This document shows, piece after piece, positions 53,717-63,237 of a DNA stretch of 64,000 nt. Origin of the DNA: Candidatus Limnocylindrales bacterium. GTDB taxonomy: Bacteria; Chloroflexota; Limnocylindria; Limnocylindrales; CSP1-4. The stretch's first letter is position 1, and each line of letters begins with the position of its first letter. The DNA lies in NCBI GenBank assembly GCA_038230295.1, contig JBBRNM010000002.1, forward strand, positions 5,725 through 69,724. The letters run 5' to 3'. The notes under the pieces were generated by a model. That model made no database searches. It had not been told where the DNA came from and saw only the letters and a list, made by a program, of their open reading frames with translations. A program made the translations under genes and the position numbers.

Positions 53717-55143
53717 GCCGTAACCCGCGCGGCCGCCACGCGCTCGAGGAATCGACCCCGGCCTGGTGAGCCGCTGAAGACGCCATCCCGCACGATGACC
53801 TCGCCCCTTGAGATCACGACTTTGGGCCAACCTCGGACGCGCTTTCCCTCGTACAAGCTGTAGTCGACGCGCGAGTGCAGTTCCCGCTGCGTGATGGTCA
53901 GCACGCGCTCGGGGTCGAAGATCACGAGGTCGGCGTCGGCGCCTGGCTCAAGCCGTCCCTTGGCCGGGAGGCCGAAGATTCGGGCCGGGGCAGCCGCGAA
54001 CACCTCGACCCAGCGCTCAAGAGATATCCGGCCGGTCACGACGCCGTCATTGAAGAGGAGCGACATCCGGGTCTCGATCCCGGGAGCGCCATTTGGGATC
54101 TGCGAGAAATCCGCCCGGCCCCGGTCCTTCTGGCCCTCGAAGTCGAATGGGCAGTGATCCGTCGACACGGTGTCGATCTGACCCAGCCGGAGGCCATCCC
54201 ATAGCACCGCATGGTTCGCGCGATCTCGCAGGGGCGGGTTCATGACGTACTTTGCAGATTCGAAGCCGGCGAGCGTGTACTTCGAATCATCGAGGAGGAG
54301 GTAGTGCGGGCAGGTCTCGGCATAGACAACCTGGCCTCGAAGTCTCGCGGCTTTAATCTCGTCCAGCGCCTCACGGCACGAGACATGGACGAAGTAGAGC
54401 GGGCAACCAACCATCGCGGCAATGGCCAGCGCCCGGTGCGTGCCTTCTGCCTCACCGGCGGCAGGATGCACGCGCGGATGCTGGTCGGGTCCGAGAGCCC
54501 CGGCCGCACGTGATTCGTCGATCAGGGCGTCCGTGAGGAGTCCGCTCTCGGCATGGACCACGGGGAGTCCTCCGATGTCGGCCGCGCGCTTGAAGAGACG
54601 AAAGAGCGTCGCGTCATCGGCCATTAGGCCGCGCCGTGGGTAGGCCATGTAGGCCTTGAAGCTCGGAACACCCGCTGCGACCACTTCATCCAGCTCCAGC
54701 ACAGTGTCGGGGCTCAGCTGCTTGACCACGAGATGGAACCCGAAGTCGATCGCCACGCGGCCATCCGCAGCCGCCCGTCGCGTCGCAATCGCCTCGACGA
54801 GCGGCCGACCGATCTCCTGGTAGCAGAAGTCAATGATCGTGGTGGTCCCACCGAAAGCCGCCGCGCGCGTCCCGGTGAAGAAATCGTCAGCCGTCTGTTG
54901 ACCCTGCGTCCCGGCCTCCAGGTGGACATGCGCGTCGATGCCACCGGGCACGACCAGGAGGCCAGCCGCGTCAATCACTTCGGCATCTCCAGCCGGCAGT
55001 TCCCGGCCGACGTCGCGGATCGACGACCCGTGGACGAGGACATCACCGGCCTGCACTGTGCTCGGGGTGACCAGCGTGCCACCGCGGATCAGGAGATCAC
55101 GCCCCGACGAAGGCGTGTGAACCTCGAGTGGAGGGACGGCCAT
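53713..55143 (-). CDS. Dihydropyrimidinase/D-hydantoinase-type cyclic amidohydrolase
   Basis: Motifs are LLIRGGTLV, VPGGIDAHVHL and SFKAYMAY (carboxylated Lys context), with VHAESG, TDHCPF and GAPGIETR. Confidence 0.9.
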   Translation of the reverse strand: MAVPPLEVHTPSSGRDLLIRGGTLVTPSTVQAGDVLVHGSSIRDVGRELPAGDAEVIDAAGLLVVPGGIDAHVHLEAGTQGQQTADDFFTGTRAAAFGGTTTIIDFCYQEIGRPLVEAIATRRAAADGRVAIDFGFHLVVKQLSPDTVLELDEVVAAGVPSFKAYMAYPRRGLMADDATLFRLFKRAADIGGLPVVHAESGLLTDALIDESRAAGALGPDQHPRVHPAAGEAEGTHRALAIAAMVGCPLYFVHVSCREALDEIKAARLRGQVVYAETCPHYLLLDDSKYTLAGFESAKYVMNPPLRDRANHAVLWDGLRLGQIDTVSTDHCPFDFEGQKDRGRADFSQIPNGAPGIETRMSLLFNDGVVTGRISLERWVEVFAAAPARIFGLPAKGRLEPGADADLVIFDPERVLTITQRELHSRVDYSLYEGKRVRGWPKVVISRGEVIVRDGVFSGSPGRGRFLERVAAARVTA

Positions 55144-56651
55144 CAGATCGGCTCCCGACGACTGCGATCGTAGATCGACCGGAAGTACGGAAGGAACGGC
55201 GCATGTCGCGCCTCGCTGGCCGCGTGCTCCGACAGGAAGTTCTCAAACAACTCCCCGGCCTCATGAATAAGGTCGTCCTCATCGATGCGGACACAGCGAC
55301 CGTCCTCGAGAACAATTTGCCCCTGGACGATGACGGTCCGCACCGAGGAGCCGTTCTCCGCGTACACGAGCTGACGGGCAAGGTCGTTCATCGGCGTGAA
55401 GGCTAGCGAGCGGCGGTCAAGGAGGACGATGTCAGCTGCCTGTCCCGCAGCCAGCCGGCCGACGTCGCAGAGGCCGACGCTTTCCGCCCCGCCGCGCGTC
55501 GCCGCATCCAGGATGTCGGCGGCTCGAGGCCAGCGCTCGAGCGAAGGATCCGAGACCGTGTGCAAGAGGGCCGCGAGCTTCACCACCTCGAACATCCGGG
55601 CTGAGTCGTTTGACGAGATTCCATCGCTACCGAGCGCCAAGCGAATGCCTGCTGCGTGCGCCCGAGCGTACGGGAACACTCCCGACCCAAGCTTTAGATT
55701 CGAAACCGGGTTGTGAACGACGCTCGCGCCGTGCGCGGCGATCGTTGAGATGTCGGAATCGGTCAACCAGACGGCGTGCGCAAAGGTGACTCTGTCGGAC
55801 AGTACTCCGAGGTGCTCCAGGTAGCTCACCGGTGACTCGCCGTAAAGCAGCTTCGCCGTGACCGCCTGCAGCCGCGTCTCGAGAAGGTGGATGTGGAACG
55901 CGGTGTCGTGCTCCTCCGCCAGCGCGGCCGCGAGTTGCAATAGCTCCGGAGTGCACCGTTGGGGCGCCGACGGTGCGACGACGAAGCGCTGGCCTATCGC
56001 GGGCCGGTGCAGGTCCTTGAATGCCTGATCGCAGATTGCTTCGTAGTACGCGGCGGGCGGCGGGGTAGTCGATTGTCCAAGCTCCCACAGCTCGGCCGGT
56101 AGCGTCTCCTTCGCGAACGGAAGCGTTTCAAGCCACGAGCGATCGACCATCCGCAGCGAGACGTTCGCCCGGAGCCCGACGTCGGCGTAGCCGCCGAACA
56201 CCTCGGTGAGTCCCTCGAGCTCCTGGCCGCCGACCTGGAGCACGTCGTCGAGGACCGAGGTGACGCCATTCTTGAGCGATTCGATCGCAACGAGAATCGT
56301 TCGCAGCCTGATCAGCCGAGGTGGAAGCGGTCTGATCTGAAGAAATGGGTAGGCGCTCAGGCCCCAAAGCTCGAGCGGCAGGCCCTCATATCGGCCGCGG
56401 AACGGTACCTCCCAGCTGTGAAGGTGGGCGTTCACGAGGCCCGGCATGACGACACGGTCGCGAGCATCGAGGATGACGTCAGCCTCCTGCTCAATGAGGG
56501 ACGCACCCACCGCGGCAATTCGATCGCCTTCGATGAGGATGTCAGCAGAAACGGCGTGCCGATCGACCGCGAGGTCAAGGACGAGGCCGCCCTTGATCAG
56601 GATCCGCTTCAGCGACGTCGGGTGGCGCGGCGGTGCGTTGCCATCCGTCAC
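55143..56651 (-). CDS. Amidohydrolase (chlorohydrolase/deaminase-type, SsnA/TRZ-ATZ-like)
   Basis: Motifs are ILIKGGLVLD, MPGLVNAHLHS (HxH), FHIHLLET, VHNPVSN and LGSDG. I chose GTG 56651 as the start because it overlaps the upstream stop (GTGA). TTG 56675 is also possible. Confidence 0.8.
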   Translation of the reverse strand: MTDGNAPPRHPTSLKRILIKGGLVLDLAVDRHAVSADILIEGDRIAAVGASLIEQEADVILDARDRVVMPGLVNAHLHSWEVPFRGRYEGLPLELWGLSAYPFLQIRPLPPRLIRLRTILVAIESLKNGVTSVLDDVLQVGGQELEGLTEVFGGYADVGLRANVSLRMVDRSWLETLPFAKETLPAELWELGQSTTPPPAAYYEAICDQAFKDLHRPAIGQRFVVAPSAPQRCTPELLQLAAALAEEHDTAFHIHLLETRLQAVTAKLLYGESPVSYLEHLGVLSDRVTFAHAVWLTDSDISTIAAHGASVVHNPVSNLKLGSGVFPYARAHAAGIRLALGSDGISSNDSARMFEVVKLAALLHTVSDPSLERWPRAADILDAATRGGAESVGLCDVGRLAAGQAADIVLLDRRSLAFTPMNDLARQLVYAENGSSVRTVIVQGQIVLEDGRCVRIDEDDLIHEAGELFENFLSEHAASEARHAPFLPYFRSIYDRSRREPI

Positions 56652-57355
56652 ATCAGGCGTCCACCGTTCGGGCAAAGGACCTGGCCGGTGTATTCCGCGG
56701 CGTCGTTCGAGACGAGAAAAGAAATACTTCCGGCGATCTCGTCGGGCGTCACGAGGCGCTGCAGCGGCGATTCGAGCGCTCGAGCAATCCGCTCCTCATC
56801 GAGCGTTCGATTGCTGTTGCGCGCGTCGACCGCGAGCTGTGGGGTATCAACGGGCCCAGGCGCCAGCGCGTTCACTCGGACCTCGGGAGCGAGCTCGAGG
56901 GCGAGCGCCTTCGTCATACCGATCAATCCAGCCTTGCTCGCAGCGTACGCGGTGCCGTTCGCATCGCCGGCGATCCCCATACGGCTGGACAGATTGATGA
57001 TGTGGCCATGTGCTCTGCGAAGGGCATCGGCGGATGCCCGGGCCATATAGAACGAGCCACCGAGATTCACATCGACGATCCGCCACCAGTCGTAAATTTC
57101 TTGTTCGTCAATCGGCGCCAACTGCATATAGGCCGCGTTATTCACGAGCAGATCGAGGCGCCCGAACTCCGATACAACGCGCTTCACAAGCCGGTCACAC
57201 TCGGCCGACTGGCTGACGTCGGCGGCGAATGCTCCTTCGCGATGGGCGGACGCCGCAACAGCCCAACCGTCGGCCTCGAGACGACGGACGATCGCGACGC
57301 CCAAGCCACCATGTGAGCCCGTCACGAGGGCAACGCGGCGAACGGAGGTGATCAC
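56648..57355 (-). CDS. SDR family oxidoreductase
   Basis: Motifs are ALVTGSHGGLG, LVNNAA, and the catalytic YAASKAG. Confidence 0.88.
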   Translation of the reverse strand: MITSVRRVALVTGSHGGLGVAIVRRLEADGWAVAASAHREGAFAADVSQSAECDRLVKRVVSEFGRLDLLVNNAAYMQLAPIDEQEIYDWWRIVDVNLGGSFYMARASADALRRAHGHIINLSSRMGIAGDANGTAYAASKAGLIGMTKALALELAPEVRVNALAPGPVDTPQLAVDARNSNRTLDEERIARALESPLQRLVTPDEIAGSISFLVSNDAAEYTGQVLCPNGGRLM

Positions 57356-58080
57356 TGGATCACAGTGCCTCCATTGGGCGAAAGTACCTGACCTGTCGTC
57401 CAGCGCGCCTCTGCAATGAAGACAATCGCTTCGGCTATCTCCTCCGACGTCCCCAGGCGGCGCAGCGGAAGCGTCGCCAGATAGTGGGATGCCCGGAACC
57501 GAGGTCCGAGCATCTCGGTATCGACAGGTCCCGGTGCGACACAGTTGACCCGTACGTCCCAGGCGGCGAGCTCCCGCGCAAGCGAGCGCGTGAATCCGAG
57601 AATTGCGCTCTTCGCGCTGACGTAGTGGACCAGTTGGGCTGCACCGATCAAAGCGAGCTCACTAGCGACGGTGACGATCGATCCACCTCTTCGCGTCTTC
57701 ATGCCTGGGGTCACGGCTCGGGCAACATGGAACGATCCACCGAGATTCACCCGGAGCGTCCGCATCCAGATGTCATCCGTGACCTCCGCGAGCGGCAAGG
57801 CTCCCGAGATTCCGGCATTGCAGATCGCAAGCTCGATCCCTCCCAGATGCCCCTCGGCGGCGGTGACCAGCCGAGCCACGGCGTCGAAGTCCGACACATC
57901 GCCTGCGACGGCGACGCCACCGATCTCACGTGCAACGGCATCCGCCGCGGCCTCATTCAGGTCGTTGACGGCGACCGAGTAGCCACGTCCTGCCAGCAGC
58001 TCCGCCGTGGCTCGACCGATGCCCCGGCCAGCACCGGTGACGAGGGCTGTGCGCATCCGGACCCCGCCCGCAGTGCTCAA
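57352..58080 (-). CDS. SDR family oxidoreductase (FabG-like)
   Basis: Motifs are [23 protein letters not shown] and PGPVDT. Confidence 0.88.
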   Translation of the reverse strand: MSTAGGVRMRTALVTGAGRGIGRATAELLAGRGYSVAVNDLNEAAADAVAREIGGVAVAGDVSDFDAVARLVTAAEGHLGGIELAICNAGISGALPLAEVTDDIWMRTLRVNLGGSFHVARAVTPGMKTRRGGSIVTVASELALIGAAQLVHYVSAKSAILGFTRSLARELAAWDVRVNCVAPGPVDTEMLGPRFRASHYLATLPLRRLGTSEEIAEAIVFIAEARWTTGQVLSPNGGTVIQ

Positions 58081-58862
58081 GCGAGGACCTTGCTCAGGAA
58101 TGCCCGGGTTCGCGGGTGCTTTGGGTTCGTGAGGACTTCGGAGGGTGGACCGCTCTCGACGACTAGGCCCGCGTCCATGAAGACAACGCTGTCGGCGACC
58201 TCCCGAGCGAACCCGATCTCATGGGTCACGACCAGCATGGTCATGCCCGCCCGGGCGAGATCTCGCATGACATCCAGAACCTCCCCGACCAGCTCAGGAT
58301 CGAGGGCGCTCGTCGGTTCGTCGAACAACATCAGCTTTGGCCTCATTGCGAGTGCCCGCGCGATCGCGACGCGCTGTTGCTGCCCGCCCGAAAGTCGATT
58401 CGGATATTCATCGGATCGGTCCAGGAGACCAACTGACCTGAGGAGCTGTTGCGCGTGGGCAATCGCATCCGATCTTGGCTCTCGCAGGACACCAACCGGC
58501 GCCTCGATGACGTTCTCGAGCACCGTCAGGTGCGGAAACAGGTTGAACCGCTGGAAGACCATCCCGATCTTCGCGCGGTTTCGCGCAATGTCCTTCAGCG
58601 GCAATTCCTGAAGATGCGACCCCACTCGACGATATCCGACGAGCTCCCCGTCAACGTAGATCAGGCCGCGATTCACGACTTCAAGGTGGTTGATGCACCG
58701 GAGAAACGTCGTCTTGCCCGAACCCGAGGGTCCCAGTAGACAGGTGACGGTGCCCTCGTCGACGGTGAGATTGATGCCCTTGAGGACATCGGTCCCCCCA
58801 AAATGCTTCCAGACGCCGATCGCGGACAGGACGGGTTGTTTGTCGCCGATGGGACTCATCAT
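58077..58862 (-). CDS. Polar amino acid ABC transporter ATP-binding protein
   Basis: Motifs are [38 protein letters not shown] and VVTHEIGFA. The start ATG 58862 overlaps the permease stop (ATGA). Confidence 0.93.
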   Translation of the reverse strand: MMSPIGDKQPVLSAIGVWKHFGGTDVLKGINLTVDEGTVTCLLGPSGSGKTTFLRCINHLEVVNRGLIYVDGELVGYRRVGSHLQELPLKDIARNRAKIGMVFQRFNLFPHLTVLENVIEAPVGVLREPRSDAIAHAQQLLRSVGLLDRSDEYPNRLSGGQQQRVAIARALAMRPKLMLFDEPTSALDPELVGEVLDVMRDLARAGMTMLVVTHEIGFAREVADSVVFMDAGLVVESGPPSEVLTNPKHPRTRAFLSKVLA

Positions 58863-59800
58863 TGACGGAGTCGCCAGCCGGTCATGACCCGCCGGATGAG
58901 CGAAGGCCCCGGCACGATTCGCACGAAGCCACGCGCGAACCGCGTTTCGACGAAGTGTTGGATCACATTGATGAGGGTCGTGCACGCCAGATACCAGAAG
59001 CTCGCAACGACGAGCAACTCCACCGTCCGATAGTTGACGCTGTAGATGCCCTGCGTCGTTCCGAGAAGCTCGTGGTAGGAAATGATGCTGACCAGGGCTG
59101 TCGTCTTGAGGCACGTGATCAGCTCGTTCCCGGCTGGCGGAAGAATCGCTCGCATGGCCTGCGGTAGGACGATTCGCCGGACAGTTCGCCGCTCGGTCAT
59201 GCCGAGAGCCAGTGCCGCCTCGGTTTGGCCGGCATCAACTGAGATCAATCCTCCGCGAACGATTTCTGCCATGTATGCGGCCTCGTTCAGCGAGAGACCA
59301 ACCAAAGCCGTAACGAATGGGCTCATGACATCGTTCGTTGCGACGCTGAATGACAGGGATGTTCCTGGAATCCCCAGGCCGATCGACGGAAACACAAGGG
59401 CAAGGTTGAACCAGAAGATCAACTGGACAAGGACTGGCGTCCCCCGAAAGATCCAGATGTAGGCCGATGCGTAGCTCTGGAGGATGCGGCTCTCGCTCAA
59501 GCGAGACAGGGCAAGCGGCAATGCCAGCAAGGATGCAAGCGTCATTGCCATGATCGTGAGCGAAAGGGTCCGGACTACGCCTTCGAGGATGACCTCCGAG
59601 AAGAGGAATTGGCCAACGACGCGGAAGTCAAAATTCTTGTTCGTCGCGATGCTGACGACAAGCAGCGCGAAGACAACCAGGACGATGACGCCTGCTGCCC
59701 TCCTGAGAGGATGGCCGAGCGCCTGTACCGGCAATGCCTCAGGGTCAATGGATGGCGCCGGTAGGGTCTCGTCCGCAAACGGCGCCAACTCTCCTGTCAC
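58859..59800 (-). CDS. Polar amino acid ABC transporter permease
   Basis: The protein is multi-TM. The EAA-type loop is [31 protein letters not shown]. Confidence 0.88.
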   Translation of the reverse strand: MTGELAPFADETLPAPSIDPEALPVQALGHPLRRAAGVIVLVVFALLVVSIATNKNFDFRVVGQFLFSEVILEGVVRTLSLTIMAMTLASLLALPLALSRLSESRILQSYASAYIWIFRGTPVLVQLIFWFNLALVFPSIGLGIPGTSLSFSVATNDVMSPFVTALVGLSLNEAAYMAEIVRGGLISVDAGQTEAALALGMTERRTVRRIVLPQAMRAILPPAGNELITCLKTTALVSIISYHELLGTTQGIYSVNYRTVELLVVASFWYLACTTLINVIQHFVETRFARGFVRIVPGPSLIRRVMTGWRLRQ

Positions 59801-59853
59801 TGCGTGACTGCTCCCCGCAGAGGCTCCCGATTTCTGATAGGCCCGAGCGGACC

Positions 59854-60786
59854 TCAGCTCGGAGTGGCTGAGGCCGTCGGGTCGTTTGCCGTGCTGGGGT
59901 CGTTGATCGGCGCGGTCTTCAGAGCGATGTTCTCGACATGGTATTTCTTCAGGATGGCGTCGTAGGTGCCATCGGCGATCACAGCCTTGAGTGCGGCCTG
60001 GAAGGCGTCTCGAAGCTGGGTGTTCTCCTTCTTGAAGATGAGCCCATGATTCCGGATGGTGACCTGATCGCCAACGACGTCAAAGTCGTTCCCGCCACCG
60101 GACGTCGCGGCGATGTACGCAGCGACCGGTGCGTCCTCGAGATGCGCCGCGACTCGGCCTGACTTCAGAGCAAGAACGGCGTCCGCAGCGCTCTGGGTCG
60201 ACACGATGTTGATGCCCGGCTTCCCCGCAGCCTTGCACTTCGCGTCTTGGTCCTCAACGATAGCCGTGTTGGCCGCTCCCACCTGCGACCCGACGCCCTT
60301 GCCGCACAGATCGGCGAGCGTCTTGACCCCGGTCGGATTGCCCTTCTGGACCATGATCGAGTACCCGCTCCGGAACTCATCAACAAAGTCGACCTGCTGC
60401 TCGCGCGCGGGCTTATCCCCGATGTAGGTCATCGAGGTGTCAAAGCGGCCCGCGGTGATGGCGGGAATCGTCGGATCAAAATCGAGGTTTGTGATTTCGA
60501 GCTTCACGCCGAGCTTGGCCGCCATGGCCTGTCCAAGCTCGATCTCAGCGCCAATCGGCGTCTTGCCGTCGGCGTCGAAATACTCCACGGGCGGGTAGTC
60601 CAGCTCGGAAGCGACCTTAACGACCCCACTCTGCTGGATGGCTGCCGGGAGCAGTGCGTGGAGCGCGGGATCCATGGCACCGGCCGAGCTTCCGCCTGGC
60701 CCAGTCGAGCCTTGTGGACTCGCTGCGGTCGTGCAGGCACCTGCCGCAAGGGCGGCTGCAGCGAGTCCCACAAGAAGGCGTCGCAT
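59854..60786 (-). CDS. ABC transporter substrate-binding protein, family 3 (probable lipoprotein)
   Basis: Starts MRRLLVGLAAAALAAGAC, a relaxed lipobox, with VKVASELDYPPVEYFD and MTYIGDKPAREQQVDFV. The start is taken at ATG 60786. The upstream codons of ORF 59854..60969 are not SBP-like. Confidence 0.82.
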   Translation of the reverse strand: MRRLLVGLAAAALAAGACTTAASPQGSTGPGGSSAGAMDPALHALLPAAIQQSGVVKVASELDYPPVEYFDADGKTPIGAEIELGQAMAAKLGVKLEITNLDFDPTIPAITAGRFDTSMTYIGDKPAREQQVDFVDEFRSGYSIMVQKGNPTGVKTLADLCGKGVGSQVGAANTAIVEDQDAKCKAAGKPGINIVSTQSAADAVLALKSGRVAAHLEDAPVAAYIAATSGGGNDFDVVGDQVTIRNHGLIFKKENTQLRDAFQAALKAVIADGTYDAILKKYHVENIALKTAPINDPSTANDPTASATPS

Positions 60787-61275
60787 TATTCGAAACTGGG
60801 GTCGCACGGATTCGTTCAGCGAACTGCCGCCCATGATGACCGCGAGCAAACGACCCCGAGACCCGTCCTGAGACACTGCATCTTCCTCCGACATCGGACC
60901 CTCCCACGGGCCGACTAGTCCGCCTATGTCCGATGGCGGATTGTGGCCAGAATGAACTGTCCGTGTCAATACGTTGCACTGTCAGCCGTCCGCTATGTCC
61001 CGGCTGGCCGGAGCATCGGGCGCTCCGTCCCGCGGTTTGGCGCAGCGATGGCGCACACTCGACCCTGATCATCGAGTTCTCGAGGTATCGCCGGGCCGTC
61101 ACTCGGTGACGCGATCGCGGCGTCCGCCAGCCACCCGGAACTCATCGAAGGTTTGCTCCCGCTCGTAGTCGAGCGGATCGAAACGCGGGACCGCGCCATA
61201 TCCAAGATCGTGTGGACGCCGCAGGCTCGCCCATTCTTCGCGTCGGCCACGGTGGAAGCAAGCGCGTTTTTAGCA

Positions 61276-61351
61276 TGGCGCCCCCGGACGGATTCGAACC
61301 GCCGACGCCAGCCTTAGGACGGCTGCGCTCTATCCACTGAGCTACGGGGGC
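61276..61351 (-). tRNA. tRNA-Arg (anticodon CCT), CCA encoded
   Basis: GCCCCCGUAGCUCAGUGGAUAGAGCGCAGCCGUCCUAAGGCUGGCGUCGGCGGUUCGAAUCCGUCCGGGGGCGCCA. The acceptor stem GCCCCCG/CGGGGGC has 7 bp. The anticodon arm is CAGCC / GUCCUAA / GGCUG. Confidence 0.95.
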
Positions 61352-61397
61352 GCGGTCAAGATCGTATCCCACGCCGCATGGCCGGCTCACGTGTAGG

Positions 61398-61742
61398 ATG
61401 CCGACCGTGGCCGTTCCCCTCCCCGACCTCATCTTCTATACGCGGCCGGGCTGCCACCTCTGCGACGAGGCCCGTGCAGCCATCGCGGCCGTCCTGGCCG
61501 ACCGCCGGGCGCGCGACGTGGTGGTGCCTTCCGTGATCGAGATCGACATCGATTCCGATCCCGAGCTCCATCGCCGATTCTTCGAGCGGATCCCCGTCGT
61601 CGAGCTCGCCGGCAGCCGCGTTGAGCTCATCGTGACCGTTGGCAAGCTCCGTCGGGTGTTGGGCGAGGTGCTCGACGGCTCCCGCTCCGACACCGAGGCG
61701 GCCGCCGGCACGGGTCTTGCCGCCGACCTCGGCCCGGCATGA
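61398..61742 (+). CDS. Glutaredoxin-like (DUF836-type) thiol-disulfide protein
   Basis: Motifs are LIFYTRPGCHLCDEA (CxxC) and RIPVVEL. Its stop overlaps the ccdA start. Confidence 0.75.
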   Translation: MPTVAVPLPDLIFYTRPGCHLCDEARAAIAAVLADRRARDVVVPSVIEIDIDSDPELHRRFFERIPVVELAGSRVELIVTVGKLRRVLGEVLDGSRSDTEAAAGTGLAADLGPA

Positions 61743-62548
61743 CCCTCACCATCGTGGTCGCGCTCGGCGCGGGCCTGCTGAGCTTCCTGTCGCCGTGCGT
61801 CCTGCCCCTCGTGCCGGCCTACCTCGGACAGCTGACTGCCGTGGCGGTGGTCGGGCAGGCCGATGGCGTTCCCTCGCGCTGGCTGGCAGTCCGACACGCA
61901 CTCGCCTACGTGGCCGGATTCGGAGTCGTCTTCACGATCCTGGGCGTGACGGCGACCTACGTCGCAGGTCCGCTGGTCGATCTCCTCCCCGCGCTCCGGA
62001 TCCTCGGCGGCGGGATCCTCATCGTCCTCGGGTTGAACCTCGCAGGCTTCATCCGGATCCCGGTGCTCGATCGAACCTGGCGGCCGCTGGAGGCCGGTGC
62101 GGCCGCCTCGGTCGCGAGCGCGACGGGCACGTTTGCTTTCGGCAGCGGCGGTCGGTCGGGCCCCACGATGGCCGATCGGCTCGGTGGCCGGCTCGTAACC
62201 ACCCGTGGCGGCTGGCTTGCCTCGTTCGGGCTCGGGGCCATCTTCGCGGTCGGCTGGACGCCGTGCATCGGGCTCATCCTCGGCGGAATCCTGACCCTCG
62301 CAGCGACGAGCGGCTCGACGCTCCAGGGCGGCGTCCTGCTCGTGGCGTACACGGCGGGGCTCGGGATCCCGTTCCTCGTCATCGCGGCGATCTACGACCG
62401 GGCGCCCGGCGTGCTGCGGCCCTTGCTCCGGCACGGGCGGGAGGTGTCGATCGTCGGCGGTCTGCTGGTCGCCCTCATCGGCGTCGCGATGCTCTTCAAC
62501 TGGCTGGCTCTCCTGCCACAGTTCGTGCCGTTCAACAGCCAGATCTGA
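61739..62548 (+). CDS. ccdA: Cytochrome c biogenesis / thiol-disulfide electron transporter CcdA
   Basis: The two membrane Cys motifs are LSFLSPCVLPLVPAY and GWTPCIGLILGG. The protein has 6 TM helices. Confidence 0.9.
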   Translation: MTLTIVVALGAGLLSFLSPCVLPLVPAYLGQLTAVAVVGQADGVPSRWLAVRHALAYVAGFGVVFTILGVTATYVAGPLVDLLPALRILGGGILIVLGLNLAGFIRIPVLDRTWRPLEAGAAASVASATGTFAFGSGGRSGPTMADRLGGRLVTTRGGWLASFGLGAIFAVGWTPCIGLILGGILTLAATSGSTLQGGVLLVAYTAGLGIPFLVIAAIYDRAPGVLRPLLRHGREVSIVGGLLVALIGVAMLFNWLALLPQFVPFNSQI

Positions 62549-63234
62549 TGTCGGCCACCGAGGTTCGACGCCGGCGCGGCGTCGGGCCGTTCAGCCTTCG
62601 ACAGGTGACCTTCGCGATCGGGATCGTGGCGGTCGCCGCGGTCCTGCTGACACTCGCGAACGCTCCGCTCGGCTCGACGGCGCTCGGGCTTCCGAACCCG
62701 GAGCCGAGCGCCTATCTCCTGCGCGCGCCGCTACCGGGGCTCCGACCGGGCGACGTGGCACCCGAGCTCGCCGTGATGGCCGCCGACGGCACGACCTTCC
62801 AGCTGACCGACCTCGACGGCCAGCCGATCCGGCTCGCCGATCTTCGCGGCAAGGCGGTCTGGCTCAACTTCTGGGCGAGCTGGTGCCCGCCGTGCCAGTC
62901 CGAGACGCCCAGCCTCCGCGCCCTCGATCAGCGGTATCGGGAACGAGGGCTCGCGATCATCGGGGTCCAGGTCCAGCAGACGGTCGAGGACGGCCGGAGA
63001 TACGCGACGACCTACAGCCTGCGCTACCGGATCGGGGCCGACGTGGCCGGCGACATCTTCCGCGAGTACAAGGTCTTCGCCCTGCCGACGCAGTTCTTCA
63101 TCGGCACCGACGGCGTCGTCCGCCAGGTCGTCAACGGGCCGCTCAACCAGGCGAGCGCGGCCGCCCTGATCGAGTCGATCCTGCCGCCGGCGCCGTCCGG
63201 CGACCGCAGCGCGAACCCGAGCTCGAGTCCGTAG
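62548..63234 (+). CDS. TlpA/ResA-family membrane-anchored thioredoxin-like protein
   Basis: An N-terminal TM segment is present, with VWLNFWASWCPPCQSE (WCxxC) and ALPTQFFIG. The ATG overlaps the ccdA stop by 1 nt (TGATG). Confidence 0.88.
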   Translation: MSATEVRRRRGVGPFSLRQVTFAIGIVAVAAVLLTLANAPLGSTALGLPNPEPSAYLLRAPLPGLRPGDVAPELAVMAADGTTFQLTDLDGQPIRLADLRGKAVWLNFWASWCPPCQSETPSLRALDQRYRERGLAIIGVQVQQTVEDGRRYATTYSLRYRIGADVAGDIFREYKVFALPTQFFIGTDGVVRQVVNGPLNQASAAALIESILPPAPSGDRSANPSSSP

Positions 63235-63237
63235 CCC

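Larger units (their letters stand above)
51853..61351. mobile_element. Candidate integrase-less genomic island(s) at tRNA-Arg(CCT), possibly two tandem units (51853-52834 and 52835-61275)
   Basis: An intact tRNA sits at the right end, and two same-orientation partial 3' tRNA copies sit at the left. The enclosed genes are accessory-type and look more A/T-rich by eye than the flanks. I could not find a recombinase gene. Confidence 0.4.

Noticed and set aside
60993-61250. 85-aa ORF adjacent to tRNA-Arg as a degenerate integrase or excisionase
   Set aside because: It has no R..H..R..Y-type or HTH excisionase motifs, the composition is not protein-like, and it is too short. It is left uncalled.
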